Origin: an uncultured Verrucomicrobiae bacterium
GTDB taxonomy: Bacteria > Verrucomicrobiota > Verrucomicrobiia > Palsa-1439
Direction of reading: 5' to 3'
Assembly (NCBI GenBank): GCA_963712025.1
Contig: CAVQGJ010000011.1
Location: 455,929-519,928, forward strand
Length of the DNA stretch: 64,000 bases
The translations under genes and the position numbers were made by a program. Numbering within the stretch: the first letter of the stretch is position 1; every line of letters begins with the position of its first letter. Below the pieces are notes generated by a model, which was not told the DNA's origin, did no database searches, and was given only the letters and a program-made list of their open reading frames with translations. Below are positions 1 through 10,972 of this stretch, one piece after another.

Positions 1-527
1 ATCGTTTCGAGCTTGGGCACGTCCAGATCGAACATGCGCGCCAGCAACCCCAGCACAAACATGTTCTTGCCCTTGTCCTTCGCGGTGCCGCCAATGGCTT
101 CAACGGTCTGGCCCGTGATCGGCACGCCGACCGACCGATACCGCTTTTGGTTTTCCTCGGGCTTGACGTTATCCGAGTCGTAAATCAGAATCCCGCCGTC
201 GCGGAGGGTGTTGATGTGGTCGTTGTACGAATGCTGGTAGAACGCAACGAGAATGTCCACGTCATCGCCCGCGCTCAGGACTTCTCCCGTGCCGAGGCGC
301 ACCTGATAAATGCTGGGGCCACCCGAAATCGTCGCCGGAATCGTCATGTACGTCATGACGTCCTTGTCGGTGCGGCCAGCCAACCGCGCCAAAAAACCGC
401 CAATGGCCTGAATGCCGTCCTGTGAATTCCCCGCCAGCCGAATTACTGCATCTTGAATTCTTCGTCCACGCTGGGGCTGTTGGCCGCCAGACGGGGCAGA
501 AGTATCTGCAACTTTTTGATCAATCAT
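1..527 (-). CDS. korA: 2-oxoacid:ferredoxin oxidoreductase alpha subunit (KorA-like), N-terminal ~175 codons; gene continues past the window start
   Basis: Own translation of the minus strand from ATG 527-525: MIDQKVADTSAPSGG..IQDAVIRLAGNSQDGIQAIGGFLARLAGR..GGPSIYQVRLGTGEVLSAGDDVDILVAFYQ..GKNMFVLGLLARMFDL. This is a typical KorA/PorA-type N-terminus. It is absent from the ORF track only because it has no stop in the window. Confidence 0.7.
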   Translation of the reverse strand, partial: MIDQKVADTSAPSGGQQPQRGRRIQDAVIRLAGNSQDGIQAIGGFLARLAGRTDKDVMTYMTIPATISGGPSIYQVRLGTGEVLSAGDDVDILVAFYQHSYNDHINTLRDGGILIYDSDNVKPEENQKRYRSVGVPITGQTVEAIGGTAKDKGKNMFVLGLLARMFDLDVPKLET

Positions 528-718
528 TTCCTCGTGTTCCTTCAAAAAGGGTTCCCAACCAGAGGGAGCCACCCGAGAGCTCGTCACTACAAGTGGAATA
601 TATTATCAGAGAGCTTCCCCCTGTCAACCACGAGACCAACCCCCCAATGGGAAAAGCCATTGACCGGATGGCTGTCATGCGATATTTTCCCGGTGGTGGT
701 AACCCTCAGAGACCAGTT

Positions 719-2125
719 ATGGCTGAGAAGAATAACGCCAACATAAATCGGCACGCCAACGACTTCTACCAGAAGGCGATTCAGGCGGTCGAACGCGGTA
801 ATCTCGATTATGCGATCGAGATGTTCATCCAATGCCTGAACCTCGAGCCGGGTTATACCAAGGCCCGCCGCAACCTGCGCGCTACGCAAATGAAGAAGAC
901 CGAGTCCGCAGGTGGCTTCAAGCGCATGTTGGTGGGCACGAAGCTCCAGCCGCTCTTGGCGAAGGCCAAAATGGCTGTCCAGAAGAATCCCGTCGAAGCG
1001 ATGAGCATCGCCGAACAAGCGTTGTCGGAGGATCCCAAGAACGGCCAGGCCCTGATGACTCTCGCCGAAGCTGCCGAGGTTGCCCAGCTTCCGGACACGG
1101 TCGTGCAAACACTCGAAACATACACCCGGCTCAATCCCAAAGACAGCAAGGCGCTGCATTGGCTGGCGCGCGCGTATATCGCGACGGGACAGCATGATCT
1201 GGCCCGCGAAACCTACGATCGCCTGCTCCAGATCAACCCAAACGATTTCGATGCACAACAGGGCGCCAAGGATGCGACAGCCAAAGGCGCGATGTCGGGT
1301 GGCGGTTGGGAAGGAGATGGATCCTTCCGCGACGCGCTCAAGGACAAGGACGAATCCATCGCCTTGGAGCAGGAATCCCGTGTCGTCCGCGCCGAGGACA
1401 TGGTCGCCAACCTCATTCAGGAGAAGCTTGAGGCATTGTCCAAGGACCCGGAGAATCCGGTGATCCAGCGCGAACTCGGCAAGCTCTACGCCCAGAAAGA
1501 AAACTTTGACGAAGCCCTGCGTTACCTCGAAGCACTGTACGCGAAAGAAGGCGGAACGGATCCGTCTCTCGAACGTGAGATCGGCGACACCAAGGTCAAG
1601 CGCCTCGAAACGCAGTTGAACGCCAAGAAGAAACAACTGGAGACAAACCCGGCCAATGCCGCCGCGCTGCAAAACGAGATCACCACGCTCGAGTCCGATT
1701 TGGACAAGCTCAAGCTTTTCGAAGCCGAGCGTCTCGTGGAACGGTACCCCAATGATCTCATGTACCGGTTCGATCTCGGTGCCCTGTACATGAAAGCGGG
1801 CAATATTCAGGGCGCGATCGAGCAATTTCAAAAATCCCGCGGCCAGCCGCAGCGCCGCGTGGCGTCCCTGAATTACCTGGGCCAGTGTTTCCAGCAGATG
1901 GACCTCCACGACCTAGCCATTGACCAATACAATGAGGCCATCGGCGAACTGCCCACGATGGACGGACTGAAGAAGGACTTGTTGTACAATCTGGGTTTGG
2001 CCTACGAACAACTCGGCGATCCGGAAAAGGCTATCGCCGAGTTCAAGAAAATCGCCGCCGTCGATTTCGGCTATCGCGACGTGCGCGAACGGATCATGCG
2101 CAAACCCGCACCGAAAAAGCCCTAA
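719..2125 (+). CDS. tetratricopeptide (TPR) repeat protein
   Basis: ORF 422..2125. The first ~99 codons overlap the divergent korA start region and look non-coding, so the start was moved to ATG 719 (MAEKNNANINRHANDFYQKAIQAVERGNLDYAIEMF..). TPR-like helical repeats run throughout. Confidence 0.7.
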   Translation: MAEKNNANINRHANDFYQKAIQAVERGNLDYAIEMFIQCLNLEPGYTKARRNLRATQMKKTESAGGFKRMLVGTKLQPLLAKAKMAVQKNPVEAMSIAEQALSEDPKNGQALMTLAEAAEVAQLPDTVVQTLETYTRLNPKDSKALHWLARAYIATGQHDLARETYDRLLQINPNDFDAQQGAKDATAKGAMSGGGWEGDGSFRDALKDKDESIALEQESRVVRAEDMVANLIQEKLEALSKDPENPVIQRELGKLYAQKENFDEALRYLEALYAKEGGTDPSLEREIGDTKVKRLETQLNAKKKQLETNPANAAALQNEITTLESDLDKLKLFEAERLVERYPNDLMYRFDLGALYMKAGNIQGAIEQFQKSRGQPQRRVASLNYLGQCFQQMDLHDLAIDQYNEAIGELPTMDGLKKDLLYNLGLAYEQLGDPEKAIAEFKKIAAVDFGYRDVRERIMRKPAPKKP

Positions 2126-2159
2126 AGTCCCACCGTCTCCCCGCGCACCGTCACCGCAG

Positions 2160-2827
2160 TCAGCCTCCAGCCTCGTCGCATTTCGACCAAACGTCCCGCA
2201 GGTTTCGAACTGCGTCCGCGCGTCGCCCTTCCCGGTCCACGAGAATCGCGCTCATCCCCGCCGCCTGCGCGCCGCGCACGTCTTCTTCGGAACTATCCCC
2301 AACATGCACCGCCCATCCCGCGTCAACGCCCGCCGCCCGAAGCGCCGCCCGGAAGATTTCCACAGCCGGTTTCTCGGCCCCGACTTCGCAGGAGATGGTC
2401 AGGGAATCGAAGTGCCGCGCCAATCCCAGCCCGTCCAGCAGCGCCCGCAGTCGTTCATCCCAATTGGAAAGGACGCCGACGTGCAGGCCGCGCGCCCGCG
2501 CCTCGCGCATCGTGTCCTCGACATCCGGAAAAACCCGCCACACGTCGGGCCGGGCAAACGTCTCAAACAACTCCTCGAAGCACGCTTCGTTCTCCTGCCC
2601 GAGCACGCGAAAGACGAGTTCTCGCCACCATTCCTTGCGCGACACGGTTAGCCCGGGTCGCTTCAACGCCGCCCAGCCCGGCGGAACGCGCCCTCCATCT
2701 CGTCGGCGGTTCGGCTGATCCCGTGTCGCCGGGCCACTTCCGCGTACACGGCCCCGACCGACGGATACGGCCCGATCAGCGTCCCGCCCACGTCGAAGAA
2801 AATCGCCCGCCGCCCAGCCCCGCTCAC
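2160..2827 (-). CDS. HAD-superfamily hydrolase (IA-like), reading frame broken once
   Basis: Motif I (GTG 2827; MSGAGRRAIFFDVGGTLIGPYPSVGAVYAEVARRHGI..) is in the frame of ORF 2663..3445. The rest (..WAALKRPGLTVSRKEWWRELVF..GVLSNWDERL..AEKPAVEIF..VHVGDSSEEDV) is in ORF 2160..2873. The span is 668 nt (3n+2). The GTG start overlaps the folC stop (GTGA). Confidence 0.6.
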
Positions 2828-4152
2828 TGCAACACCAGCTCGCGCGGCGTCTTCGCCCTCGTTCCCGCCGCAAACCCGAGCCGATCCAGCGCCTCGCCCA
2901 CCAGGAACAGCGATCCCGCGATGGCGATCGTTTCCGCGTTCTCGACGCGCGCCTGCGCGTACGCGGCGGAAAGGTCCCGCTCGACCGTGATCCGCGCCGC
3001 CGGGTTCGCCGCCTGGCACCACCGCGCCAACTGGTCGGGCTCGCTCGTCCGTTCGCTGTTGACGGGCACGCACAACACGCGCACCGCCAGCGGCGCGAGA
3101 ATCTGGCACATCTGGTCGTAATTCTTGTCCCGCAGCACGCCGAGGATCAACGTCAGCTTCCGTCCCGCGGCATGTTCGCGCAACGTCGCCGCCAATCGCT
3201 CCGCCGCCGCCGCGTTGTGCGCGCCGTCCAGCACCACCGTCGGGTCGTGGTGCACGATCTGGAACCGGCCCGGCCACGCCGTGCACGCCAGGCCTTCCGG
3301 CACCTGTCTCGCATTGACCGTCAATCCCGACGCTTCGAGCGCCGCAACTGCCGTCGCGCAATTGATCGTCTGATGCGCCCCGAGCAACGGAATCGTCAGC
3401 GGCCCGTAATCCCGGCGCGTGCCCGTCAACTCCACCCGCTGGCACCGCTCGTCTTCACTCAACCGCGTCGCGCCAATCTCCCGCCCCACCACCGTCAACG
3501 TGCTGCTCTGCGCCGCCGCGGCGCTCTGGATCACCGCGAGCGCTTCTTCCGTCGCCGCCGCTGTGACCACCGGCACGCCGGCCTTGATGATGCCGCATTT
3601 CTCGCCCGCAATCTGCGCCAGCGTCTCGCCGAGATACTGCGTGTGATCGAACGCGATGTTGGTGATCACCGAAACCAGGGGCACAATCACGTTCGTCGCG
3701 TCGAGCCGGCCGCCCAGCCCCGTCTCCCACACCACCACGTCCACGTTCTGCTCCGCGAAATACCGCAGCGCGATGGCGGTCACCGCCTCGAAAAACGTCG
3801 GTGCGCGAAACTCCGGGTTGGCGCCCACCGCTTCCAGCACCGGCTTGATCTCCTCGACCAGCCGCACCACGTCGCTCTCGGAAATCGGCTGGCCGTTGAT
3901 CTGGAATCGCTCGCAGAACGACACGAGATGCGGCGACGTGTACAGCCCCGTCTTGTAGCCCGCCGTGGACAGCACCGCGCTCAACATCGCCGCCACGCTC
4001 CCCTTCCCGTTCGTGCCAGCGATATGGATGAATCGCAACGACTTCTGCGGATCACCCATCAACCGCAACAAATACTGCATCGTCTCCAGGCCGAGTTTCT
4101 GGCCGAAAAGCCGGATGCCGTACAGGTATTCGATGGTCTCGGGATATGTCAA
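2824..4152 (-). CDS. folC: bifunctional folylpolyglutamate synthase / dihydrofolate synthase
   Basis: 442 aa; MTYPETIEYLYG..FIHIAGTNGKGSVAAML..YTSPHLVSFCERF. Mur-ligase family P-loop; classic accD-folC synteny. Confidence 0.9.
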   Translation of the reverse strand: MTYPETIEYLYGIRLFGQKLGLETMQYLLRLMGDPQKSLRFIHIAGTNGKGSVAAMLSAVLSTAGYKTGLYTSPHLVSFCERFQINGQPISESDVVRLVEEIKPVLEAVGANPEFRAPTFFEAVTAIALRYFAEQNVDVVVWETGLGGRLDATNVIVPLVSVITNIAFDHTQYLGETLAQIAGEKCGIIKAGVPVVTAAATEEALAVIQSAAAAQSSTLTVVGREIGATRLSEDERCQRVELTGTRRDYGPLTIPLLGAHQTINCATAVAALEASGLTVNARQVPEGLACTAWPGRFQIVHHDPTVVLDGAHNAAAAERLAATLREHAAGRKLTLILGVLRDKNYDQMCQILAPLAVRVLCVPVNSERTSEPDQLARWCQAANPAARITVERDLSAAYAQARVENAETIAIAGSLFLVGEALDRLGFAAGTRAKTPRELVLQ

Positions 4153-4208
4153 AGCATTGACCCAAAAGTTGTCGCCGCCCCACCCTGCCCCGCCCGCCGT
4201 TCTCTCCG

Positions 4209-5087
4209 TTACGCCGCCGCCTTGAACTTCCGCCCGCCACGCCCGGAAAAATAACTCAGCAATTGCGCCAGCGTCTGTTTGAGTTGTTTCCGGTGGACGA
4301 TGAGATCGACCAGCCCGCGCTCGCGCAGAAATTCGCTGGTCTGGAATCCCTCGGGTAACTCCTGTTGCGTCGTCTCCTTGATCACGCGCGGGCCCGCGAA
4401 CCCGATCAACGCCTTCGGTTCGGCGATGATCACGTCCCCGAGCGAGGCGAAGCTGGCCATCACTCCCGCCGTGGTCGGGTGAGTCAGCACCGAGATGTAG
4501 GGCAACCCCGCTTTCGCGTGCAAGGCCAGCGCCCCGCTGGTCTTGGCCAGTTGCATCAGGCTGAGAATCCCCTCGTACATCCGCGCCCCGCCCGATGCCG
4601 ACACGATAATCACGGGAATCTTCAGTTCCGTCGCTTTCTCAATCGCCCGCGTGATCTTTTCGCCCACCACCGACCCCATGCTCGCGCCCAGAAAACTGAA
4701 ATCCATCACCGCCAGCGACACGTCGTGGCCTTCGAGTTTGGCCAACCCGATCACCACCGCGTCGTTCAGCCCGGTCTGCCGGTGATACGTCCGCAGCCGC
4801 TCCGAATACGCCGCCACGCCCGTGAACTTGAGGATGTCCACGCTCACCATGTCCGCGTCGCTCTCGCGGAACGTCCCCTCATCGGCCAGCAGCGCCACCC
4901 GTTCGACGGCGGTCATCGTGAAGTGGTAATCGCATTTCGCGCAGACCTTGGCGTTGGTGACGAGTTCCTTGCTGTAGATGATCTCGCCGCATTGCTTGCA
5001 CTTCACCCACAAACCGCTCGGGATCTCGTGCTTCTTGGTTTTCGTCTCGGAAATCTTCGGCTTTTCTTTTTCTTCGAATACCGCCAT
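4209..5087 (-). CDS. accD: acetyl-CoA carboxylase carboxyltransferase beta subunit
   Basis: 292 aa; N-terminal Zn ribbon (WVKCKQCGEIIYSKEL..CAKCDYHF) followed by the carboxyltransferase domain. Confidence 0.9.
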   Translation of the reverse strand: MAVFEEKEKPKISETKTKKHEIPSGLWVKCKQCGEIIYSKELVTNAKVCAKCDYHFTMTAVERVALLADEGTFRESDADMVSVDILKFTGVAAYSERLRTYHRQTGLNDAVVIGLAKLEGHDVSLAVMDFSFLGASMGSVVGEKITRAIEKATELKIPVIIVSASGGARMYEGILSLMQLAKTSGALALHAKAGLPYISVLTHPTTAGVMASFASLGDVIIAEPKALIGFAGPRVIKETTQQELPEGFQTSEFLRERGLVDLIVHRKQLKQTLAQLLSYFSGRGGRKFKAAA

Positions 5088-5465
5088 GGGCCAGACTCCT
5101 TGTGCGACTCCATTACCCTACCACAATCCTCCGCCATCGCGCCAGCCGGAATTATTTTGGCGTTGTCGCGGGGCGTACTTGGATCCGCGGAACCCTTTCG
5201 CGGCTGACCACATTCACGTCGCATCGGCCGGGCGTCTCTCAGCCGCCAGCCTCCGCCCGGAATTCCGCCACTTGTTTTTCCAGTTCGCGCACGCGGCGAG
5301 TCAACTCCGGCAACTGCTGCACCGCGATCATCTGCCGCTTGGCCCACCCGCCCCCGCGACCAGCAAGACCTCAAAAAAAGCCTTGCCTGTTACGCGTGAA
5401 CCTCCTACGCTGCCCGCATTACCCCGTTTGTTCCAACAACAATGGTGAAAGGAGCGCAGTGTCCA

Positions 5466-6245
5466 ATGAAGCGATTTTTTGTTCTTCTGTTTGCGTTGTG
5501 TGCGAGTTCGGCCATGGCTCAGGTGCCCTTTGGTCACTTCAGCTATACGTTCACGAACGCACCCCTGTGGGATGCCACCGGCACCTACGCGACCACCAAT
5601 ACTGCTGACGGTTTTACCGATACTGCCAGTTCGGACATAATCGTCGCAGCCAACGGGGCGCTTTCGGGCGTGCGCACGGACAAGTTCGACGATGGCTCGA
5701 TTACCGCGGATGTCGACGGGACTCTCACCGGAAAAGTCTCTGGCAAGGGTGCGGCGGTCACGGGCAAACTGAAGGATAACGGACCGGCCAGTGGCGTGTA
5801 TGATGGCGTCTCGTTCACGGGAAACGCCAAGGGAAGTGCCGCCGTGACGTTCGATTCAGACGCATTAACCCTGATTACCCGCGGCTCATGGAAAATAAGC
5901 GCCGACCACAAATCCAAGTCCTTTCAGGGGACCGAGACGAACGCCCTGCCGGCAGGTGTGAACGGTGATTGGACGCTGGAGACCGACATTACCAGCACGA
6001 ACGCCGACAAGCTGGCGGGCACCGGTACGGTAACCCTATCCAACGATCGCACCTTCACCTACACGCTCAGCGGCACCTACAAGGCGACAACCGAAACTGC
6101 CAAGCTGAAACTGATCGGTGCCACTAATGAAGTCGGATATGCCGTCGGATCGAGTCTATCGCTGACCACGACAGGCACGAACATGGTTTTGCAGACGCTC
6201 AAAGGCAAAGTCCTGGGCCAGTCACCCGCGTTCACGGCCCCGTAG
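5466..6245 (+). CDS. secreted hypothetical protein (T/G/S-rich)
   Basis: ORF 5442..6245. Signal peptide MKRFFVLLFALCASSAMAQ from ATG 5466. No recognisable domain. Confidence 0.6.
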   Translation: MKRFFVLLFALCASSAMAQVPFGHFSYTFTNAPLWDATGTYATTNTADGFTDTASSDIIVAANGALSGVRTDKFDDGSITADVDGTLTGKVSGKGAAVTGKLKDNGPASGVYDGVSFTGNAKGSAAVTFDSDALTLITRGSWKISADHKSKSFQGTETNALPAGVNGDWTLETDITSTNADKLAGTGTVTLSNDRTFTYTLSGTYKATTETAKLKLIGATNEVGYAVGSSLSLTTTGTNMVLQTLKGKVLGQSPAFTAP

Positions 6246-6275
6246 TCGAATCACTGCGCGAAAGTTAACTGGGAA

Positions 6276-6306
6276 GCGGCGGGCGTTCAGCAACCACGCC
6301 CGCCGC
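6276..6306. terminator. GC-rich hairpin between convergent genes (possible bidirectional terminator)
   Basis: GCGGCGGGCG (6276-6285) pairs with CGCCCGCCGC (6297-6306), with an 11-nt loop. No clear U tract. Confidence 0.3.
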
Positions 6307-6317
6307 GCCCTGCGCCG

Positions 6318-7082
6318 TTACACTCCCCTCGCCACGGCCAGCGCGACGACCTCCCTCGCGCCAGCTCCGCGCAACGTCTTGGCGCAACTGTCCATCGTGG
6401 CGCCGGTCGTAAACACGTCGTCCACCAGCACGAGGCGCTTTCCCGCAAAGCACTTCTCATCGCGCACGGCGAATGCCCCGCGCAGGTTCCGCGCCCGGGC
6501 TTCGGCATCCAGTTTGGTCTGTGTCCCGGTATCCTTGACGCGGCGCACCTTCCCTTTGAGAACAGGAACATCGAAAACCCGGCCCACCCCGGCCGCGAGG
6601 TATTCGGCTTGGTTGAACTCGCGCTGGCGCTGCTTGTGCGGATGCAATGGCACGGGAACGATGCCGTCGATCTCCCGCCAGTCGATCCACCGTTGCGCCG
6701 CTCCCGACAACCAATCCACCAGATGCCGGCCGAAATACATCTCGCGATTGTATTTGAAACGGAGAATGCAGTCGCGGACGACCCCTTGCGCGCGGCAGGC
6801 GCACACGGTTCGGCTGAAATAGAACCGCAGGTCCTGGCAATAACCGCAGACGAACGTTTCGCCCGTGACCGTCCCCGTGAACGGCGAGGCGCATTGCCGG
6901 CAAAACGGCGGCTCGATCAGTTTGGCCGAGCACACGCACGCGGGACAGACAATGCCGGGATCCGTGTCGGCCAGCGGACAACCGCAGAAGGGACAATTCC
7001 GCGGCCAGACCAGGTCTAACGCGCGGCGTGCCCAGAGTTGGAGGGCGCGGGGTTGCGCAGTGGTTTGAATACCGTCTGACAT
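6318..7082 (-). CDS. comF: ComF family protein (phosphoribosyltransferase-like with N-terminal Cys clusters)
   Basis: C-terminal 254 aa of ORF 6318..7736 from ATG 7082: ..CPFCGCPL..CPACV..CRQC..CGYC.. then the PRTase motif RLVLVDDVFTTGAT. Confidence 0.75.
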   Translation of the reverse strand: MSDGIQTTAQPRALQLWARRALDLVWPRNCPFCGCPLADTDPGIVCPACVCSAKLIEPPFCRQCASPFTGTVTGETFVCGYCQDLRFYFSRTVCACRAQGVVRDCILRFKYNREMYFGRHLVDWLSGAAQRWIDWREIDGIVPVPLHPHKQRQREFNQAEYLAAGVGRVFDVPVLKGKVRRVKDTGTQTKLDAEARARNLRGAFAVRDEKCFAGKRLVLVDDVFTTGATMDSCAKTLRGAGAREVVALAVARGV

Positions 7083-7924
7083 AACCACACCATCAGCACG
7101 AGCAGTGCCACGAGCATCGGCCAGGACGCCACGTCCTGTGTGACATCGACAGTGGCCGACCAGCGCATAAACTCGTTGACCAGCACCCAGCCCGCGTGCA
7201 GCCCAATTGGCAGATATAATGCCTTCGTCCGGGCGTAAGCCAATCCCAAAACGCACCCGGCCAGAAACAGCGATACGAACCCAACGAAAACACCCTTCTG
7301 GACCAACGACTGTGTCACGATCCAGACAAGGCACTGCCAGCCGCTGGCCCACGTGACCTGATTGGCCGGGATGTTCACGCCATTCGGCTTCAGGAAATGC
7401 GCCGCCGAATACACCGCGCCGGCCAGGAGAACGGCGACGGTCATGTTCAGGCGACGTTGCAAGGCGCCTTGCAGCGCCCCGCGGAAGAACGTTTCTTCGA
7501 TGACCGCAACCGCCACACCCACAAACAGGAATTTCACCACGGCACCCGCCATTTGTCCCGAGGTTTTGGTGAACACCAGCCGGTGGCCCCCGAAGACGAC
7601 GATCACGGCAACCATGATCGTCAGTGTCGCCACGCCGAGGATGTATCCGCCCAGGGCGTGCCGCCACCATCCGCGCGCCCGCACGTAGCCGATGTCGCTC
7701 CAGAACCGGAACCCGAGCACCCGCAGCAACGGCCACAATCCAGCCAGCGCCACGAGCATGATCGATCGGTCAAAGATCCGATGGAACGGGTACGTGGCAT
7801 ACACGCGCAGGGCGGACACGCGCGGGGCCACCTGTTGCACGGCCCGGAACAGCCACGGCGCCAGCAGCGCGCCGAGCAGGATGACGGCGACGAAATAAAG
7901 GCCGATGGCCCGGGACGCTCTCAA
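7016..7924 (-). CDS. CPBP family intramembrane glutamic endopeptidase
   Basis: 302 aa, multi-TM. Motifs IEETFFRGALQ and AVYSAAHF. TTG start. The 3' end overlaps the comF start by 67 nt. Confidence 0.7.
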   Translation of the reverse strand: MRASRAIGLYFVAVILLGALLAPWLFRAVQQVAPRVSALRVYATYPFHRIFDRSIMLVALAGLWPLLRVLGFRFWSDIGYVRARGWWRHALGGYILGVATLTIMVAVIVVFGGHRLVFTKTSGQMAGAVVKFLFVGVAVAVIEETFFRGALQGALQRRLNMTVAVLLAGAVYSAAHFLKPNGVNIPANQVTWASGWQCLVWIVTQSLVQKGVFVGFVSLFLAGCVLGLAYARTKALYLPIGLHAGWVLVNEFMRWSATVDVTQDVASWPMLVALLVLMVWLCQTVFKPLRNPAPSNSGHAAR

Positions 7925-8263
7925 TTACGTTTCGCTGGGCCGGTGAAGTTCCTGGGGCGTGAACACCTTGTGCCGCTGGACTTCATTGTCGGCCTTTTCC
8001 GACGGCGAGCCGGGGTCGATGATTTCCGTGTACCGAATCGAGCTGTGGGGAATCCAATACACCTTGGTATCCGCCTCGACCGGCCGCTCCAGGAGCGCGG
8101 CCGATTCCAAATCCGGATGCTCTTGGAACCGCCGCCCGCTGACGCGCACCCCGGTTTCATCAACGTCGGTAATGATGCCCCGAACGATTTCCCGGGGTGT
8201 CTGCGGGTGAAACCGCCGCAAGACCACTTTCACCCGCTGGCTGAGTAATCCGTTTGTGTCCAT
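7925..8263 (-). CDS. hypothetical protein (112 aa)
   Basis: ORF directly downstream of gspD and abutting the CPBP gene. No recognised motif. Confidence 0.5.
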   Translation of the reverse strand: MDTNGLLSQRVKVVLRRFHPQTPREIVRGIITDVDETGVRVSGRRFQEHPDLESAALLERPVEADTKVYWIPHSSIRYTEIIDPGSPSEKADNEVQRHKVFTPQELHRPSET

Positions 8264-8289
8264 TCGTTCCTCTGCGGCGCGACCGGCCT

Positions 8290-10972
8290 CTATTGCGTCG
8301 TAATGTCGCCGTCCTGCAATTTCAGCGCCTTGACCTTGTCCGTTTGACGGTCCGACGAGTAATCGGTCGGCGGCTGCGTCGCGTTTGATTGGCTTGGCGC
8401 CGTTGTGTCGGTACTGTCGCTGCGGGGCGGCGGCGCCGCCTGGTTCGGCTGGTTCGGCGCCATCGAACCGATGCTGTCATTCCGTGGCGACTCGGCCTGA
8501 TTCGGTTGGGCTGGCGACATTGAACCGATAAAGTCCTTGGGCGGCAGCGCCGCGTTATTCGTCCCCGAACTACCCTTGGGGAAATACGTTTCTTCCAACT
8601 CTTCGCTCACGCCCAACATGCGCAGGCGGCGTTTGGCCTCGGCGACGGCCACCAGATCGGAGCGCAATACGACAGGGCGGATGAAGATGATCAGTTCGGT
8701 GCGCTGCCGGTTGTTCTGCTGGCTCTTGAATATCTGGCCGAAGAACGGAATGTCGCCCAGGAACGGCGTCTTGGTCGTCGATACCGACTTCGTCTGCTGG
8801 ATCATGCCGCCGAGAACAATGGTGCTTCGATCTTGCACCGCCAACGACGATTTCGCTTCCCTCTTGAGAATCGTGGGAACAATCGTGCCGCCGATGTTCA
8901 CGTTGGCCCCGAGATCGTTCACCTTCTGATTGATGTCCATCCGCACGTAGCCGTCGGGATTGATCCGCGGGGTCACGTCCAATTCGATGGCGACGTCCTG
9001 GTATTGGATACTGGAGGTCACGCCGTTGGCGGTCAACGTGCCCACGCCGCTGATGAGCGACGATGTCTGCGAGGTCGGCACGGGCACCGACTCGCCCACG
9101 ATGATGTCCGCCTCCTGGTTGTCCATCGTCTGGATCACCGGCGTCGAGAGCACTTTGCTGTTGGACGTGGTGGCGAGCGCGTGAAGCACCGCGTCGAGGT
9201 TCAAATTCCTAAACGTGGTAAAGTACGTAAGACCGCCCGCGCCCCCGGCCAAGGCCGCCGCGGTGGGCAAATTGCTGCTAATCGCGCTGAGCGGCGAGAG
9301 TTGAACGGGCGTATTCCCGTCGGTGCTGTTGCCGCCCGTCCCGGAATACTCGCCGGCCCGCGACAGCCGATTGAACAAATCCACGCCCACGTCCAGCTCA
9401 TTGTTGAGCGTCAGTTCGGCGATCACGACCTCGATTTGCACCTGGGCGACGGACGTGTCGATGCTTCTGACCAGTTCCTGGATGCGCGCCATGTCCTCCT
9501 TGGTCGCCATCACCAGCAGGCAATTCGTCCGCGGATCGGGCAGGATGTGGACGCCTTCCGAGTACTGCAGGAAACCCGTGTTCTGGCCGCCTGCTCCCCC
9601 GCCTCCGCCGCTCATGGGCGGTGGCGGTACGGACGGAGCGCGCGCGCCGGAGGTGGTCGTGCCGGTCGACGACGTGGTTCGCCGCGTCGAAGAAGACGAG
9701 GCAGGGGCCGATCCGCCCGTGATCAATGCGTTCAACAACCCGGCCACATCCTCGGCCGCGGCATAATTGAGCAGAATCACTTTCATCACGATATCGGGCT
9801 CGACCTTCGCATCCAACTCGGCAATGAGCCGGTCGAAAAACCCGAAATTACTTACCCGGGTCAATATGAACAGTTTGTTCGTCCGATCATCGGCTGCCAT
9901 GATGACCTTTCCCTCGACGACCGATTCTTCGCCGCCTTCGACCGTCGGACCCGTCTGGGCCGGTTGTCCGGGCCGGCGGATCGGAGATGGCGGTTGACCG
10001 GGCGCGGCGGCGTGGGCTCCTGCTTGCTCGGCTTCCTGGATGATGGACTGGAGCCGCGCCATGGCGTCGGCCGCTTTGGCGTGCTTGAGGACGTACGTCC
10101 GCATTTCCATCCGCAGGGCCGAGGGTTGATCGACGTAGGCGACAATCTCCATCATTTGTTTCAAGTTCGCCGCCGTCTCCGAGATCAGGATGCTGTTGGA
10201 ATCCTGGAGCGCCATCAACTGGCCATACGGGTGGAGGTACGGCTGCAGCACTGGAACAACATCCGATGCCTTGGCGTTCTTCAGCGGGATGATCTGCGTG
10301 CCCAAGGTGTCGGCCACCGTGGCCGCGGGCCCGACCGGCAGGCCTTCCTGCTTGGCCGTATTGATCTGGACGATCTTCAAGAACTTCTCGCCGAGGGGTA
10401 TCGCGGCGATGTTGTTGATCGCCAGCACGCTATCGAGGGCTTGAATCGCCTCGCCCTTGGTCAGCTTGGACTGACTGCGGAAATTGATCTGCGCGTTGAG
10501 GTTTGGCGCGGAGATGATCGAACGGCCCGTCAGCCGCGAATACCAGTCGAGAATCGCGGTAATGGGCGCTCCTTGGAATTCGAAATCGATGGTGGGCTTG
10601 GTCCGACGATGCGGTCGGACGAGCCGGTGCCGAGCGGCCGACCGAGGTGGCGGCGGCGGAGCCGGCGGTGCCGATTGCGCCGGCGTCGTGCCAACGGGGG
10701 CGACAGACCGGGCGTTGCGGAGGTTGCATGGGCGGCGGTGCCGGTGTGTTCGATTGTGGATGCAGGATGTCCAGAAGTTGCTTCGGCAGGCCATTAGTAG
10801 CTGTGGTTGCCTCATCGGTCGCGTCGGTGTCCGTTTCCTGGTCGGTATCGGTCTGGGAAACCGTGTTGGCTCCGTCGGCGGCGTACGCGACGCCACGTGA
10901 CCGGATTCCCGTTAGGATGGCCAGCCATGCCGATATGACTACACTCAATAAACTCAATCTCAGCTTTCTCAC
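8290..10972 (-). CDS. gspD: type II secretion system secretin GspD (frame broken near the 5' end)
   Basis: ORF 8290..10896 has N0/N1-type domains (TIDFEFQGAPITAILDWYSRLTG..) and a secretin domain (VLSTPVIQTMDNQEADIIVGESVPV..TKTPFLGDIPFFGQIFKSQQNNRQRTELIIFIRPVVL). The signal peptide MRKLRLSLLSVVISAWLAILTG is in another frame, starting at GTG 10972 behind a GGGGAGGA Shine-Dalgarno (SD) ribosome-binding site. The frame break lies at about 10640-10740. Confidence 0.85.

Noticed and set aside
147-425. 92-aa plus-strand ORF at the window start
   Set aside because: It is antisense to the KorA-like coding frame, which shows clear family conservation.
5207-5340. Short minus-strand coiled-coil-like reading frame (..MIAVQQLPELTRRVRELEKQVAEFRAEAGG) between accD and the secreted-protein gene
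   Set aside because: It is only about 30-43 codons with no clear start or RBS. It could be a gene fragment, but the evidence is insufficient to call it.
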